Source: Urechidicola sp.
Lineage (GTDB): Bacteria; Pseudomonadota; Gammaproteobacteria; GCA-001735895
Length of the DNA stretch: 33,957 nucleotides
NCBI GenBank assembly: GCA_047638435.1
Contig: JBLILW010000003.1
Coordinates: 1 to 33,957, forward strand
Direction of reading: 5' to 3'
Under the pieces are notes generated by a model. It was not told where the DNA came from and did no database searches. It worked only from the letters and a program-made list of their open reading frames with translations. The first letter of the stretch is position 1, and the number at the start of each line of letters is the position of its first letter. Position numbers and translations under genes: made by a program. Shown piece after piece: positions 20,713 through 31,099 of this stretch.

Positions 20713-20770
20713 AATTAAGATTAGTGATTAAGGTTCTTGATTAAGACTGGTGATAAAAATTAGTGTTAAG
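20713..20770. repeat. Four degenerate 13-bp tandem repeats upstream of slyD
   Basis: aattaagattagt / gattaaggttctt / gattaagactggt / gataaaaattagt, plus partial gttaag. Confidence 0.6.
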
Positions 20771-20808
20771 GGATGAAGATCAGAGTTAGATTAAAGAGTT
20801 TATCATTT

Positions 20809-21687
20809 TCAATTCGGCTCAACTACCATTTCAATGTTATATCCACGTGTTTTTAGCTGCTCTATTAGGCCTGTTTTTCCAGAAAGATGTAAACTGCCAA
20901 CCAATATAAATTCAACTTTGGTGGTATCGAACAGGGCTTCAATTTTTGGCATCCAGGCATTGTTTCGTTTTACAATCAATTCATCATGAATACTGGGGAA
21001 GTCTTTTCTCAAGCTTTTTGATGCGACATTTTCTAGTTGATCTAGATCACCATTACGCCAGGCAACCATCATCGCTGTCATGACCCGTGGCAATTTTTCC
21101 ATTTCGTTTAAGGTGTAGATGATTAGGTCATCTTCCTGTCCTTTTCCCATTTCGGCGATGAAATTAAGTTGCTGTTCGACTGTTTCTAATGCACCCATTG
21201 GTTTGTTGTCTTGCTTTGCTTTTTGGTTGTAGAAGGCATCGACACCTACGCCGGTAAAACCCAGTTGTTGTAATTCTGTAATGGATAAAATCATCGATAC
21301 CATGCCGGGTTTGAATGGCAGTAATCCTTCCATTGATATGTTGTGTTTCGTGCAATAACGACTTAATTTTTGATAAGTTTTTTCGCTGAGTGCGAGCTTT
21401 AGACTTTGACCTGTTGAGTAGCTCAGCTTTTTCATCATAGACGCCTGAAACTCAAATTTTTCCATATCTTCCAAGCTGGCTTCAAAAATGACTTTGTCAG
21501 ATTGCTGATAGGCGATATCGAATGCATCTGGCAATGGGAAGTCCGCGGGTGTTAACAAATGTACTGTCCCACCAATAAAAATTTGAGAACCATTTCTTTC
21601 GACTTTCCAGACAGGCATACCGGCAAAAGCAGAGAGGCAGATACTGCTCGCGAAAAGGCTGAACAGTAGGAGTCTTTTGAGGCGCAT
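20809..21687 (-). CDS. TraB/GumN family protein (signal peptide)
   Basis: PVWKV, GGTVHLL, GVD, ALETVEQQL, RNNAWMPKI, VGSLHL; TGATG overlap with the upstream gene. Confidence 0.88.
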   Translation of the reverse strand: MRLKRLLLFSLFASSICLSAFAGMPVWKVERNGSQIFIGGTVHLLTPADFPLPDAFDIAYQQSDKVIFEASLEDMEKFEFQASMMKKLSYSTGQSLKLALSEKTYQKLSRYCTKHNISMEGLLPFKPGMVSMILSITELQQLGFTGVGVDAFYNQKAKQDNKPMGALETVEQQLNFIAEMGKGQEDDLIIYTLNEMEKLPRVMTAMMVAWRNGDLDQLENVASKSLRKDFPSIHDELIVKRNNAWMPKIEALFDTTKVEFILVGSLHLSGKTGLIEQLKTRGYNIEMVVEPN

Positions 21688-22025
21688 CAGATTTTTTTGA
21701 CAAACATCGACTTCAATTTCATCGCACCAACACCCTCTATTTTGCAGTCGATATCATGGTCGCCATCGACGAGGCGAATGTTCTTTACCTTAGTGCCTAC
21801 TTTAACGACTGAAGACGAACCCTTTACCTTTAAATCTTTAATCACACTGATGGTATCGCCGTCGACTAACAAATTGCCATTCGAGTCTTTGATGACTGAC
21901 AGAGCGTCTGTGTCTTTGTTGGCATTTTGTGACCATTCATGTGCGCATTCAGGGCAAACCAACTGGTTCCTGTCCTGATAAGTGTATGGTGAGTCGCAGG
22001 TTGGGCAGTTGGGTAAGTCACTCAT
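21687..22025 (-). CDS. yjdM: PhnA/YjdM zinc-ribbon protein
   Basis: [13 protein letters not shown]...[37 protein letters not shown]. Start at MSDLP (22025). Confidence 0.92.
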   Translation of the reverse strand: MSDLPNCPTCDSPYTYQDRNQLVCPECAHEWSQNANKDTDALSVIKDSNGNLLVDGDTISVIKDLKVKGSSSVVKVGTKVKNIRLVDGDHDIDCKIEGVGAMKLKSMFVKKI

Positions 22026-22389
22026 GGTGTGTCCTGATGATGGGTCTTCCATCGTGTGTGTTTAAAAGGTGGGATAATGGCAGAAAGGTTTTGTCCCGTC
22101 TAACCAGACTGCCGTTATAACTGCTCCTCAGATACAAGCTGAGTATTTCGTCGATGTGGCAAGACTAGGAGGTGACGTTTTAGGCCTGCATAAGAAGGTG
22201 AATTACAGCACCCATGAAGCTTACACAAACTAATGACTATCATTATGACTAAAAAGATGGAAGCTGTTTTTCGCGACGATAGGTTTGTAAAATTGTAGAC
22301 TTGTCATTCATTAGATAAGTCCTTAATTGAGCAAGTGGCCACAAAGTGTTATACCGGCAAATCTAAAGCTACTGACTAAAGAGATTGAA

Positions 22390-23823
22390 ATGGCAGACGC
22401 AAGTTTTTATTGGCATGATTATGAAACCTGGGGGGCAAACCCACGAATTGACAGGGTTGCGCAGTTCGCCGGCATTCGAACCGATAAAAATTTAGATGTT
22501 ATCGGCCAGCCTTTGATGATTTACGCCAAACCCACCAGCGATTTTTTGCCCCACCCTGAAGCCGTATTGATTACTGGCATTACGCCGCAGTTGGCCAGTT
22601 CCGAGGGTATTCCCGAGTCGGATTTTTTTAGACAGATACATGCTGAGTTCAGCCAAGCGAATAGTTGTATTGTTGGTTATAACAATCTCCGTTTTGACGA
22701 TGAAGTGACGCGGTTTGGTTTTTATCGAAATTTTCGTGATCCGTACGCATACAGTTTTCAAAACGGTAATAGCCGATGGGATGTGCTGGATTTACTCCGA
22801 ATCACTCGGGCGCTTCGACCAGAAGGCATCAATTGGCCATTGAATGACAGTGGTCTTGCTAGCTTTAAGTTGACTGATTTGACGCAAGCCAATGATATCG
22901 AGCAGCAAGGTGCACACGATGCACTGGTTGACGTTAAGGCAACTATCGCATTGGCGAAGCTGGTCAAACAAAAGCAGCCTAAACTGTTCGATTTTTATTT
23001 TAACCTACGAAACAAACATCAAGCCGCTGGACTGCTTAACCTCGTCAAACCTGACATTCTGTTGCATGTGAGTGGCATGTTTCCTGCTGATCAAGGGTGT
23101 CTTGCACCAATATTTCCATTGCTGGCAAATCCGACAAACGCGAATGAAATCATTTGTTATAACCTGCGTATCAATCCTCAAGTTTTATTGCAGTTAAGCG
23201 CAGAAGATATACAGAAAAAGCTGTATACCCGAACTTCCGACCTGGCCGAAGGTGAACAACGATTGCCGCTGAAAGGCATACATATCAACAAGTCACCAGC
23301 ACTCGCACCGGTGTCGACATTAAATCAAACACAGGCAGAAAAGTGGCAAATTGACTGGGACGAAATCTGTGCTCATCGTGATCTATTGCTGTCTGATCCT
23401 GATCTGATAAAGCGCTTAACCAGCGTTTATAGTGAGAAAAAAGACTATCATCTAGGTGATGCCGACAGCGCCTTGTACGAAGCCTTTATTAATCAGCAGG
23501 ATCGGTTAGTGTGTAATCAATTGTTAGCTGCAAACCCCGGTGAACTGGCTAGTTGGTCGGAGGATTGCTTTCAGGACCGACGGTTACAAACGCTATTATT
23601 TCGCTATAGGGCACGTAACTTTCCACAATCGTTATCGCCAGATGAGTCATTACGCTGGCAACGTTTCTGCCAGAGCAGGTTACTAGACGGGGATGATGCC
23701 GGCGGTTTAAATGTCGAGCAATTCCAGCAGCAATTATTGACATTAGCGCAGCGCGAGCAGGGTGACCGTGAACAGGCGTTGCTTAATAAACTATCGTTGT
23801 GGGCTCAGCAAATATTTAGTTGA
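22390..23823 (+). CDS. sbcB: Exodeoxyribonuclease I
   Basis: FYWHDYETWG, AQFAGIRTD, GYNNLRFDDE, GNSRWD, AHDALVDV, LFRYRARNFP. ATG 22390 preferred over TTG 22327. Confidence 0.95.
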   Translation: MADASFYWHDYETWGANPRIDRVAQFAGIRTDKNLDVIGQPLMIYAKPTSDFLPHPEAVLITGITPQLASSEGIPESDFFRQIHAEFSQANSCIVGYNNLRFDDEVTRFGFYRNFRDPYAYSFQNGNSRWDVLDLLRITRALRPEGINWPLNDSGLASFKLTDLTQANDIEQQGAHDALVDVKATIALAKLVKQKQPKLFDFYFNLRNKHQAAGLLNLVKPDILLHVSGMFPADQGCLAPIFPLLANPTNANEIICYNLRINPQVLLQLSAEDIQKKLYTRTSDLAEGEQRLPLKGIHINKSPALAPVSTLNQTQAEKWQIDWDEICAHRDLLLSDPDLIKRLTSVYSEKKDYHLGDADSALYEAFINQQDRLVCNQLLAANPGELASWSEDCFQDRRLQTLLFRYRARNFPQSLSPDESLRWQRFCQSRLLDGDDAGGLNVEQFQQQLLTLAQREQGDREQALLNKLSLWAQQIFS

Positions 23824-23841
23824 ACGGCTGGCTTGCTGCTT

Positions 23842-23874
23842 GCTGAGTTAATATTGTTAAAATATTAACTCAGC
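23842..23874. terminator. Hairpin between convergent sbcB and mscS-family gene
   Basis: Perfect 14-bp inverted repeat GCTGAGTTAATATT / AATATTAACTCAGC with 5-nt loop. Confidence 0.65.
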
Positions 23875-23877
23875 CGA

Positions 23878-24951
23878 TTATCTTGGCAATTCCTTGATAT
23901 ACAAGTCGTGCTTGCTGTATGGAATCTCGATTCTTTCTTCTATGAAGCGTTGGTAAATTTGGCAGTTAAGTGAATCAATCACTCGTCCTCGCAAAACCGG
24001 TTGGTCGATCCAGCCCAGCAGTTCAAAGTCAAGACTCGACGCTCCAAAGGTTCGAAATCGGACGCGAGGTTCTGGGTCCTCGCATAAGGTTTCATTGGCC
24101 AGTGCGATATCCATTAATATTGATCGCACTAGGTCGATATCGCTGCCATAAGCGACACCCACGGCAACCCGAATTCGATATTTTTCGTGAGGCCCGCCAG
24201 ATTCATTGATGATTTTGGTATTACCCATCACTGAGTTTGGGACGGTTACTTGAACATCATCGCGCGTTAACATACGTGTACTGCGAATACCTATATGTGT
24301 AATCTCGCCACGTTCACCCGTATCCAACACCACAAAATCGCCTATTTTATAGGGTGCATCGGCCATTATAAAAACACCGGAAAACAAATTTGCCAGTGTA
24401 TCTTTTGCTGCAAAACCAACCGCGATACCGATAATGCCGGCCGAGGCCAGCCAGGCCGTCATATCAACCTTCCAGGCTGAAAATATAATGTAGATGGCAA
24501 AAATAAAGATGGTGATATTGGCAATGTTTTCGAACAGGGGTAACGTCTTCGAGTGCAACATGTTGATATGAGCGTCGTTTTGCGCAATATGGCGCAGCAC
24601 TAATCGTGTGATTCGCAATAGCAGCAATGACCAGATGATGAGCGCAATACTCTTCAACAATGAGAAGGCAATGAATTCAACCGTATCACCCAAGTTAAGG
24701 ATGTTTATGCCAAGCGCTAGCCCAAGTAAAATGACACTACTGTAAATCGGGTTATGTAGCAGTTCGATGAGGTGGTTGTCGATATTTAGTTTTGTTTTTG
24801 TCGCCAAACGTTTCAGTGCGGTAATGATGAAGCGGTTAAAAACCCAAGCGATTAAAAATGAAGCGAAGACGATGACTAGTGCTTTCACCCATTGATGATC
24901 ACCAAAATAACCAAGATAAGGCCTAATCGTATTTTGTATGTCACTAAGCAT
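23878..24951 (-). CDS. Small-conductance mechanosensitive channel (MscS family)
   Basis: Multiple TMs, SAGIIGIAVGFAAKDTLANLFSG, PYKIGD, IGIRST, VPNS, VGVAYGSD, FGASSLDFEL. Start could be 24951 or 24972. Confidence 0.92.
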   Translation of the reverse strand: MLSDIQNTIRPYLGYFGDHQWVKALVIVFASFLIAWVFNRFIITALKRLATKTKLNIDNHLIELLHNPIYSSVILLGLALGINILNLGDTVEFIAFSLLKSIALIIWSLLLLRITRLVLRHIAQNDAHINMLHSKTLPLFENIANITIFIFAIYIIFSAWKVDMTAWLASAGIIGIAVGFAAKDTLANLFSGVFIMADAPYKIGDFVVLDTGERGEITHIGIRSTRMLTRDDVQVTVPNSVMGNTKIINESGGPHEKYRIRVAVGVAYGSDIDLVRSILMDIALANETLCEDPEPRVRFRTFGASSLDFELLGWIDQPVLRGRVIDSLNCQIYQRFIEERIEIPYSKHDLYIKELPR

Positions 24952-25067
24952 GTCGGTCTCATTTATCTCCAAGAGGTGAAAAAATGTTCACTTCAGTTTG
25001 CCGGTTGAGCAACAAGGTTGTCAAAATGAATCGTTGTTCTAGTCGTAATCTACCTAAGGTAGCGCGG

Positions 25068-25098
25068 TAGATACACCGAATTGTCTCCGGTGTATCTA
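25068..25098 (-). terminator. Hairpin just after the sdaA stop
   Basis: 11-bp inverted repeat TAGATACACCG / CGGTGTATCTA. Confidence 0.55.
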
Positions 25099-25102
25099 AT
25101 GA

Positions 25103-26482
25103 CTAACACTCAATAATATTAACCGCCAACCCACCACGAGATGTTTCCTTATATTTCGTCTTCATATCCGCACCAGTTTCACGCATTGTTTTGATGACTT
25201 TATCAAGCGATACAAAATGCTGGCCGTCGCCTCGCATAGAAATACGCGCTGCGTTAATGGCTTTTACTGATGCCATGGCGTTGCGTTCGATACAAGGCAC
25301 TTGTACTAGCCCGCCAATTGGGTCACAAGTTAATCCAAGGTTATGTTCCATACCGATTTCTGCGGCGTTTTCGGCTTGTTCGGGGGTGCCACCGAGTACT
25401 TCGGTTAGCGCACCGGCAGCCATCGAGCAGGCACTGCCAACTTCACCCTGGCAGCCAACTTCGGCGCCAGATATCGACGCATTTTCTTTATATAAGATGC
25501 CTATAGCACCGGCGGTTAATAGAAAGCGGACAATGCCATCTTCACTGGCATTTGGGAAAAAGTTGTAATAATAGTGCATGACGGCAGGGATGATGCCAGC
25601 TGCTCCGTTAGTGGGGGCGGTGACTACTCGACCACCAGCAGCATTTTCTTCATTCACAGCTAGGGCATACAGGTTGACCCAGTCGAGTGACGTGAGCGGG
25701 TCTCTTTCAGTTATTTCGGGCTTAGTAGTTAGTTTGTGATAAAGATCAGCCGCTCGACGTTTAACATTGAGACCACCCGGCAATATACCTTCGTTTAAAC
25801 ACCCGTTGGTGACACAGGTCTGCATGGCCTTCCAGATGTTCAGTAATCCGCTGCGTATGTCTTCTTCACTGCGCCAGGCTTTTTCGTTTTCCATCATCAC
25901 GTCACTAATACGCATATTGTTATTTGCACAGTGAATCAGCAGGTTGACCGCAGACAGGAAAGGGAAGGGTTGTTTGGTGTCATCTTCTTTAATTCGATCG
26001 CTGCCAGCAGCTGTTTCATCGACGATAAAGCCGCCGCCAACCGAATAAAAGGTGGCATTGTGCAGTTCATCACCAGCCAGATTGAATGCGACGAATGTCA
26101 TGCCGTTGGGATGAAAGGGTAGGGCCTTGCGGCGATGCATGATGATATCTGTTTTTTCGCAAAATTTGATGGGGTGTTCACCCATTAAATGGATTCGGCT
26201 TGCAGCGCGAATGCTGTCTAGGCGAGGATCCATGCTGGTGGTGTCGATGGTTTCTGGTAGGTCACCTTCGAGACCAAATATGACGGCCTTGTCACTACCA
26301 TGACCTTTACCCGTTGCCCCCAGTGACCCGAATAGGTCAGTTTTTACCCGAACAACCTGCGGTATTAACCCATCGTCCTGCAACGCTTGCATGAACTGGT
26401 TTGCAGCGCGCATTGGCCCAACGGTATGGGAGCTGGACGGACCGATGCCGATAGAAAATAAATCGAAAACACTAATTGCCAT
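25103..26482 (-). CDS. sdaA: L-serine ammonia-lyase (Fe-S, single chain)
   Basis: [59 protein letters not shown]. Confidence 0.96.
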   Translation of the reverse strand: MAISVFDLFSIGIGPSSSHTVGPMRAANQFMQALQDDGLIPQVVRVKTDLFGSLGATGKGHGSDKAVIFGLEGDLPETIDTTSMDPRLDSIRAASRIHLMGEHPIKFCEKTDIIMHRRKALPFHPNGMTFVAFNLAGDELHNATFYSVGGGFIVDETAAGSDRIKEDDTKQPFPFLSAVNLLIHCANNNMRISDVMMENEKAWRSEEDIRSGLLNIWKAMQTCVTNGCLNEGILPGGLNVKRRAADLYHKLTTKPEITERDPLTSLDWVNLYALAVNEENAAGGRVVTAPTNGAAGIIPAVMHYYYNFFPNASEDGIVRFLLTAGAIGILYKENASISGAEVGCQGEVGSACSMAAGALTEVLGGTPEQAENAAEIGMEHNLGLTCDPIGGLVQVPCIERNAMASVKAINAARISMRGDGQHFVSLDKVIKTMRETGADMKTKYKETSRGGLAVNIIEC

Positions 26483-26881
26483 GTCTGGTTTAAACCTTTT
26501 TATTCTATAGTTATAATTTTTTCATGATAACTCAATGCGGTACACAATAAGGTCTATTTGCGCCTTGCAACTATCAAAAAACGCGCTGGCAGAATGCTAT
26601 TGTTGGGCCACTGACGGGGATCTGTTTGTTTAGCGTAGTGGTGGCGCCTCAAACTGCATTCGTTTTCACAGCCAGAATGGCGTTTAGCCATAATAAATTC
26701 TATCCATGATTTGCAAAATTAAACCATCAAAGTCAGCTTTGATGGCAATATAGGGGCTCAGGCCAACCTAACAAAAGCGCTATTTACCGATTGAACACGA
26801 GCCAAAAAATCTTTTTTCATTACAGTGGCCATAGAGTTGCATGTTTTGAAGTGGACTAGAGTGATGTTATAGACATTCCTG

Positions 26882-26906
26882 GCTTCCCTCACCTATTGAG
26901 GGAAGC
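26882..26906 (-). terminator. Hairpin downstream of gcvP
   Basis: 10-bp inverted repeat GCTTCCCTCA / TGAGGGAAGC. No U-tail on the minus strand. Confidence 0.5.
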
Positions 26907-26935
26907 TTGATGGTGAGCTGATGAGACTAACTATC

Positions 26936-29815
26936 CTAATCCATATAATCAGTGAGTGGTGGACACGAACAAATTAAGTTTGTATCACCATGCACGTTAT
27001 CGACTCTTGATACTGACGGCCAATACTTATTTTCCCGAAGTGACGCCACTGGATAAGCCGCTTGATCGCGGCTATAAGCATGATCCCAAGCATCGGAACA
27101 GACCATGTCGACAGTATGTGGCGCATTTTTCAGTGGGTTGTCTTCTCTATCCATCTCGCCGTCTTCGATGGCTTGTATTTCCTGACGTATCGTAATCATC
27201 GCGTCACAAAAACGATCGATCTCTTCTTTCGATTCACTTTCTGTTGGTTCGATCATTAATGTCCCCGGTACCGGGAATGACATGGTAGGCGCGTGGAATC
27301 CATAGTCTATCAGGCGCTTAGCAATGTCATCAACTGTAATACCACTGGCTTGTTTGATGACGCGCGTATCGATAATGCATTCGTGCGCAACCATGCCATT
27401 TGTACCGGTGTACAACACAGGGAAGTGGCTATTCAATCGATGGGCAATATAGTTAGCGTTGAGAATTGCTATCGAGGTTGCCTTAGGTAAACCCTGGCGT
27501 CCGAGTAAAGCGACATAGGCCCAACTGATGGGCAATACACCCGCACTGCCATAAGGCGCTGCTGAAACAGGTTCGGTATGGCCGTGGTGATTGGCGAGTG
27601 TGGTCGATGGCAAGAAAGGCTTGAGGTGCTCACGCACACCAATTGGGCCAACACCTGGGCCACCGCCACCATGCGGGATACTAAAAGTTTTGTGCAGGTT
27701 CAAATGAGAGACATCGCCGCCAAATTTACCCGGCGCACACACACCAACCATTGCATTCATGTTGGCGCCGTCGATATAAACCTGACCGCCGTGATCATGG
27801 ATGAGCGCACAAACTTCGGTGACATCGTCTTCAAATACACCATGGGTTGATGGATAGGTGATCATGATGGCAGCAAGATTATCGCTATGTTTCTCTGCCT
27901 TTGCCTTCAAGTCTTCCATGTCAATATTGCCTGATTTGGCAATGCTGACGACGACCACTTTCATACCTGCCATTTGAGCCGAGGCAGGGTTGGTACCGTG
28001 AGCGGAGGCTGGAATTAAACAAATGTTTCGATGACCTTGGCCTTGGCTTTGATGATAAGCCTTGATGGTTAACAGGCCGGCATACTCTCCTTGTGCTCCA
28101 GAATTCGGTTGCAAGGAGACAGCATCGTAACCGGTACAAGCACACAACATTTGCTCAAGTTCGATAAATAACTGACGATATCCCTGAGCCTGATCGAGCG
28201 GCACGAAGGGATGGATGCGACTAAACCCAGGCCAGGTAACCGGAATTAATTGAGCGGCTGCATTGAGTTTCATAGTGCAAGAACCCAGTGGGATCATGCT
28301 GCGATCTAACGCCAGGTCTTTGTCTGCCAGCTTACGCATGTAACGCATTAGATCAGTTTCAGAGTGGTACTTGTTAAACACGGGGTGATCTAAAACTTTA
28401 CTGCTGCGAATTAAGTCAGGATGCAACGCAGAGGTCGCATTTGCATCTAGATGGTCCATCTGTGCTAAGCCGCCATGATCATGCGTAAAAATATTGAAGA
28501 GTGTTTCAACATCGGCTCTGGTTGCGACCTCATCGAGCGCAATGCCAACGGTGCTAGCATCGACCTGCCGCAGATTTATTTTTTCTGCACGTGCGGCTGC
28601 CAAAATAAATTCGGTGGCGTTGCCGGTGTTAACCGTGATGGTGTCAAAAAAGTGTTTGGTGGGAACTTCATGGCCGAGTTCGCGCAAGCCATTGACCAGT
28701 AACACGGTCAGCCGATGTATACGCAAAGCAATACGCTTTAGCTCATCTGGCCCGTGATATACCGCGTACATACTGGCCATGACGGCCAGTAATGCCTGTG
28801 CAGTACAGATATTACTGGTCGCCTTTTCACGGCGAATATGTTGCTCGCGGGTTTGCAGGGCCAATCGCATCGCAGGTTTACCACGAGTATCGACGGAGAC
28901 ACCAATGAGACGCCCTGGCAGGGATCGCTTGAATGCTTCACGTGTTGCCATATAAGCCGCATGCGGACCACCATACCCTAGCGGTACGCCAAATCGTTGC
29001 GTCGTACCAATAACAACATCAGCGCCAAACTCTCCAGGTGGTGTTAATAGAATGAGGCTTAACAGATCGGCCGCGACGGCTACCAAAGCCTTCTTTTCAT
29101 GGACTGATTTGACCAACTCGTGATAGTCATAAATTTCACCCGTTGAGCAGGGGTATTGGAGTAATACACCAAACACATCTAGATCGGTTAGTTCGGTGAA
29201 TGGATCACCGATCACAACATCGATTTCCATGTGGTTAGCACGATTTTTTATGACCGCAATTGTCTGCGGGTGGCAGCTATCAGCTATGAAGAAGGTATTG
29301 CTTTTGTTTTTTGACATACGCTGGCAAAGTGTCATCGCCTCAGCAGCGGAGGTTGCTTCGTCGAGCATCGATGCATTGGCAATTTCCATGCCCGTCAGAT
29401 TACTCACCATAGTTTGGAAATTCAGAAGTGCTTCGAGACGACCTTGAGAAATTTCAGCCTGATAAGGTGTATAAGCGGTGTACCAGGCAGGGTTACGTAA
29501 TAGATTACGCTCGATGACCGCTGGCGTTTGGGTGTTGTGATATCCCATGCCAATGAAGGATTTGTACAGTTGATTACGAGTCGAAATTTCATACAGGCGA
29601 TCCAGTACCTGGCGTTCCGTCATACTGCCTTTGACCGCCAGTGGTTTGTCGCGTCGAATGGCGGCTGGTACTACTTTATCCAATAACTCGTCCAGGCTAT
29701 TTAGCCCAAGTTCTTCAAGCATTGCTGACTCTTCAACCGAGTCTGGGCCTATATGCCGACGAATAAAGTCAGTGTGGGTGTCCAGGTCGGTTAAGTTTAG
29801 ATCAAGGTCTGACAT
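26936..29815 (-). CDS. gcvP: Glycine dehydrogenase (decarboxylating), glycine cleavage P protein
   Basis: [55 protein letters not shown] (PLP lysine), EPTESE; 959 aa. Confidence 0.98.
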   Translation of the reverse strand: MSDLDLNLTDLDTHTDFIRRHIGPDSVEESAMLEELGLNSLDELLDKVVPAAIRRDKPLAVKGSMTERQVLDRLYEISTRNQLYKSFIGMGYHNTQTPAVIERNLLRNPAWYTAYTPYQAEISQGRLEALLNFQTMVSNLTGMEIANASMLDEATSAAEAMTLCQRMSKNKSNTFFIADSCHPQTIAVIKNRANHMEIDVVIGDPFTELTDLDVFGVLLQYPCSTGEIYDYHELVKSVHEKKALVAVAADLLSLILLTPPGEFGADVVIGTTQRFGVPLGYGGPHAAYMATREAFKRSLPGRLIGVSVDTRGKPAMRLALQTREQHIRREKATSNICTAQALLAVMASMYAVYHGPDELKRIALRIHRLTVLLVNGLRELGHEVPTKHFFDTITVNTGNATEFILAAARAEKINLRQVDASTVGIALDEVATRADVETLFNIFTHDHGGLAQMDHLDANATSALHPDLIRSSKVLDHPVFNKYHSETDLMRYMRKLADKDLALDRSMIPLGSCTMKLNAAAQLIPVTWPGFSRIHPFVPLDQAQGYRQLFIELEQMLCACTGYDAVSLQPNSGAQGEYAGLLTIKAYHQSQGQGHRNICLIPASAHGTNPASAQMAGMKVVVVSIAKSGNIDMEDLKAKAEKHSDNLAAIMITYPSTHGVFEDDVTEVCALIHDHGGQVYIDGANMNAMVGVCAPGKFGGDVSHLNLHKTFSIPHGGGGPGVGPIGVREHLKPFLPSTTLANHHGHTEPVSAAPYGSAGVLPISWAYVALLGRQGLPKATSIAILNANYIAHRLNSHFPVLYTGTNGMVAHECIIDTRVIKQASGITVDDIAKRLIDYGFHAPTMSFPVPGTLMIEPTESESKEEIDRFCDAMITIRQEIQAIEDGEMDREDNPLKNAPHTVDMVCSDAWDHAYSRDQAAYPVASLRENKYWPSVSRVDNVHGDTNLICSCPPLTDYMD

Positions 29816-29891
29816 GCTGGTTATGCTCCGCTAATGGCTGAATTTGTGTCAATTCTAGTTTAAATTATGCATTTCATTATTTTATAGTTAC

Positions 29892-29918
29892 AATGATATC
29901 ATTTATAATTTAAATGAT
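29892..29918. promoter_or_regulatory. Candidate LysR operator in the gcvP/LysR divergent region
   Basis: ATCATTTA-N5-TAAATGAT perfect dyad (29898-29918) containing T-N11-A (29902/29914). Overlaps palindrome AATGATATCATT (29892-29903). Confidence 0.6.
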
Positions 29919-29924
29919 TGAACG

Positions 29925-30785
29925 ATGAACTTACCTACCGAACTTTTAAGAACATTCGTGACTATAGCCGACTTGGGTAGTTTCACCCGTGCTGGCGACA
30001 AACTCGGTCGCTCTCAACCTGCGATTAGCCTACAAATTAAACGTCTCGAAAGCCTTTTGCAAGCCCGTCTATATGACCGAACCAGTCGTGATATGGTGCT
30101 TAGTAGCGCGGGTAAACAACTCGTTGGGTATGCGCGTAAAATTTTGGCGTTGAATGATGAGGCGGTGGTTAAGTTATTACAGCCAGGCGTACAGGGCTCG
30201 GTTCATTTGGGTATACCGAACGAATTTGCTGCGTCACGTTTATTTCCAGCGGTATTGAGGCGATTTGCTCAGGCTTATCCAGACGTACAAATCAAAGTCA
30301 CCTGCGATCTGTCTGTTAATTTACTGAACCGTATGAAGCACGATGAGTTTGATTTGGTATTGGCCTTACACGACGGTGCCGAGCCGGGTTATTACAATGA
30401 AAACTGGCAAGAAGAAATCGTCTGGGTTTGTGGACCTGACTCGAACGTAAACTCACGCGACCCTTTACCGCTTATCGTCGCCCCCGAGGGCTGTTTTTAC
30501 CGAAAACGCATGATTGAAACACTCGATGCATCGCAACGCAAATGGCATATTGTTTATAGCAGTCAAAATTATGGTGGCATTCGTGCAGGCGTAATGGCCG
30601 GTCTGGGTGTCACCGCCCTGGCGCGTAACACGGTAGGAGACGACATGATCATAATGGGCAGCGCCGAACGAATGCGTCGCCTGCCGCAAGTAGAGCTCGG
30701 TATGCACTATGACTCTGTTAAAGCATCGACAGCGTCGCGAAAGCTAGCCGAGTATATTGGTTTGCATTATGGTGGGAGTCATTAA
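29925..30785 (+). CDS. LysR-type transcriptional regulator
   Basis: LLRTFVTIADLGSFTRAGDKLGRSQPAISLQIKRLE HTH plus substrate-binding domain; 286 aa. Confidence 0.95.
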   Translation: MNLPTELLRTFVTIADLGSFTRAGDKLGRSQPAISLQIKRLESLLQARLYDRTSRDMVLSSAGKQLVGYARKILALNDEAVVKLLQPGVQGSVHLGIPNEFAASRLFPAVLRRFAQAYPDVQIKVTCDLSVNLLNRMKHDEFDLVLALHDGAEPGYYNENWQEEIVWVCGPDSNVNSRDPLPLIVAPEGCFYRKRMIETLDASQRKWHIVYSSQNYGGIRAGVMAGLGVTALARNTVGDDMIIMGSAERMRRLPQVELGMHYDSVKASTASRKLAEYIGLHYGGSH

Positions 30786-31065
30786 GGCATCTCTAAAAAT
30801 GCACTTTTTCTGCAATTGCAGCGGCACCGATTTTATGCTCCTTGACAATTGCTCCTGCATTGTTCTAATTGGTTACATCTATGTAACGATGCACCAACAG
30901 TAGGGACCACGAGGTCAAATCGACATACCTTACATCCGTGTACATAAGCTCGCTGCTCGAACCCTCATGGTTAAAGTACGCTCAGGTTCTCCGCGCGGTG
31001 CTTTCTCGCTTAGAAGCGCCTACTCGTGGTGTGCTAGCGAAAAAAACACTATTTTTAGAGGCGCC
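30786..31065. mobile_element. Non-autonomous MITE with terminal inverted repeats
   Basis: Left GGCATCTCTAAAAAT (30786-30800), right ATTTTTAGAGGCGCC (31051-31065), 13/15 complementary. No ORF. Abuts the LysR TAA (left flank TTAA, right flank TTTG). Confidence 0.75.
30841..30951 (-). mobile_element. Nested ~110-bp hairpin element inside the MITE
   Basis: GCTC direct repeat at 30837-40 and 30948-51. Minus-strand hairpins TACA-CGGA-TGTA (30931-42), GTTACAT-AG-ATGTAAC (30872-87) and ACAATGC-AGGA-GCAATTGT (30845-63). Confidence 0.5.
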
Positions 31066-31099
31066 TTTGAGTCGCTAGAGTATCACTAACTGAAGTAAG

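Noticed and set aside
22100-22320. Short frames upstream of sbcB (QAEYFVDVARLGGDVLGLH; MTIIMTKKMEAVF)
   Set aside because: No recognisable family; not supportable as genes.
29816-29924. Glycine riboswitch or Fur box before gcvP
   Set aside because: Too short and AT-rich for the riboswitch; AATGATATCATT lacks the central base of the Fur 7-1-7 box.
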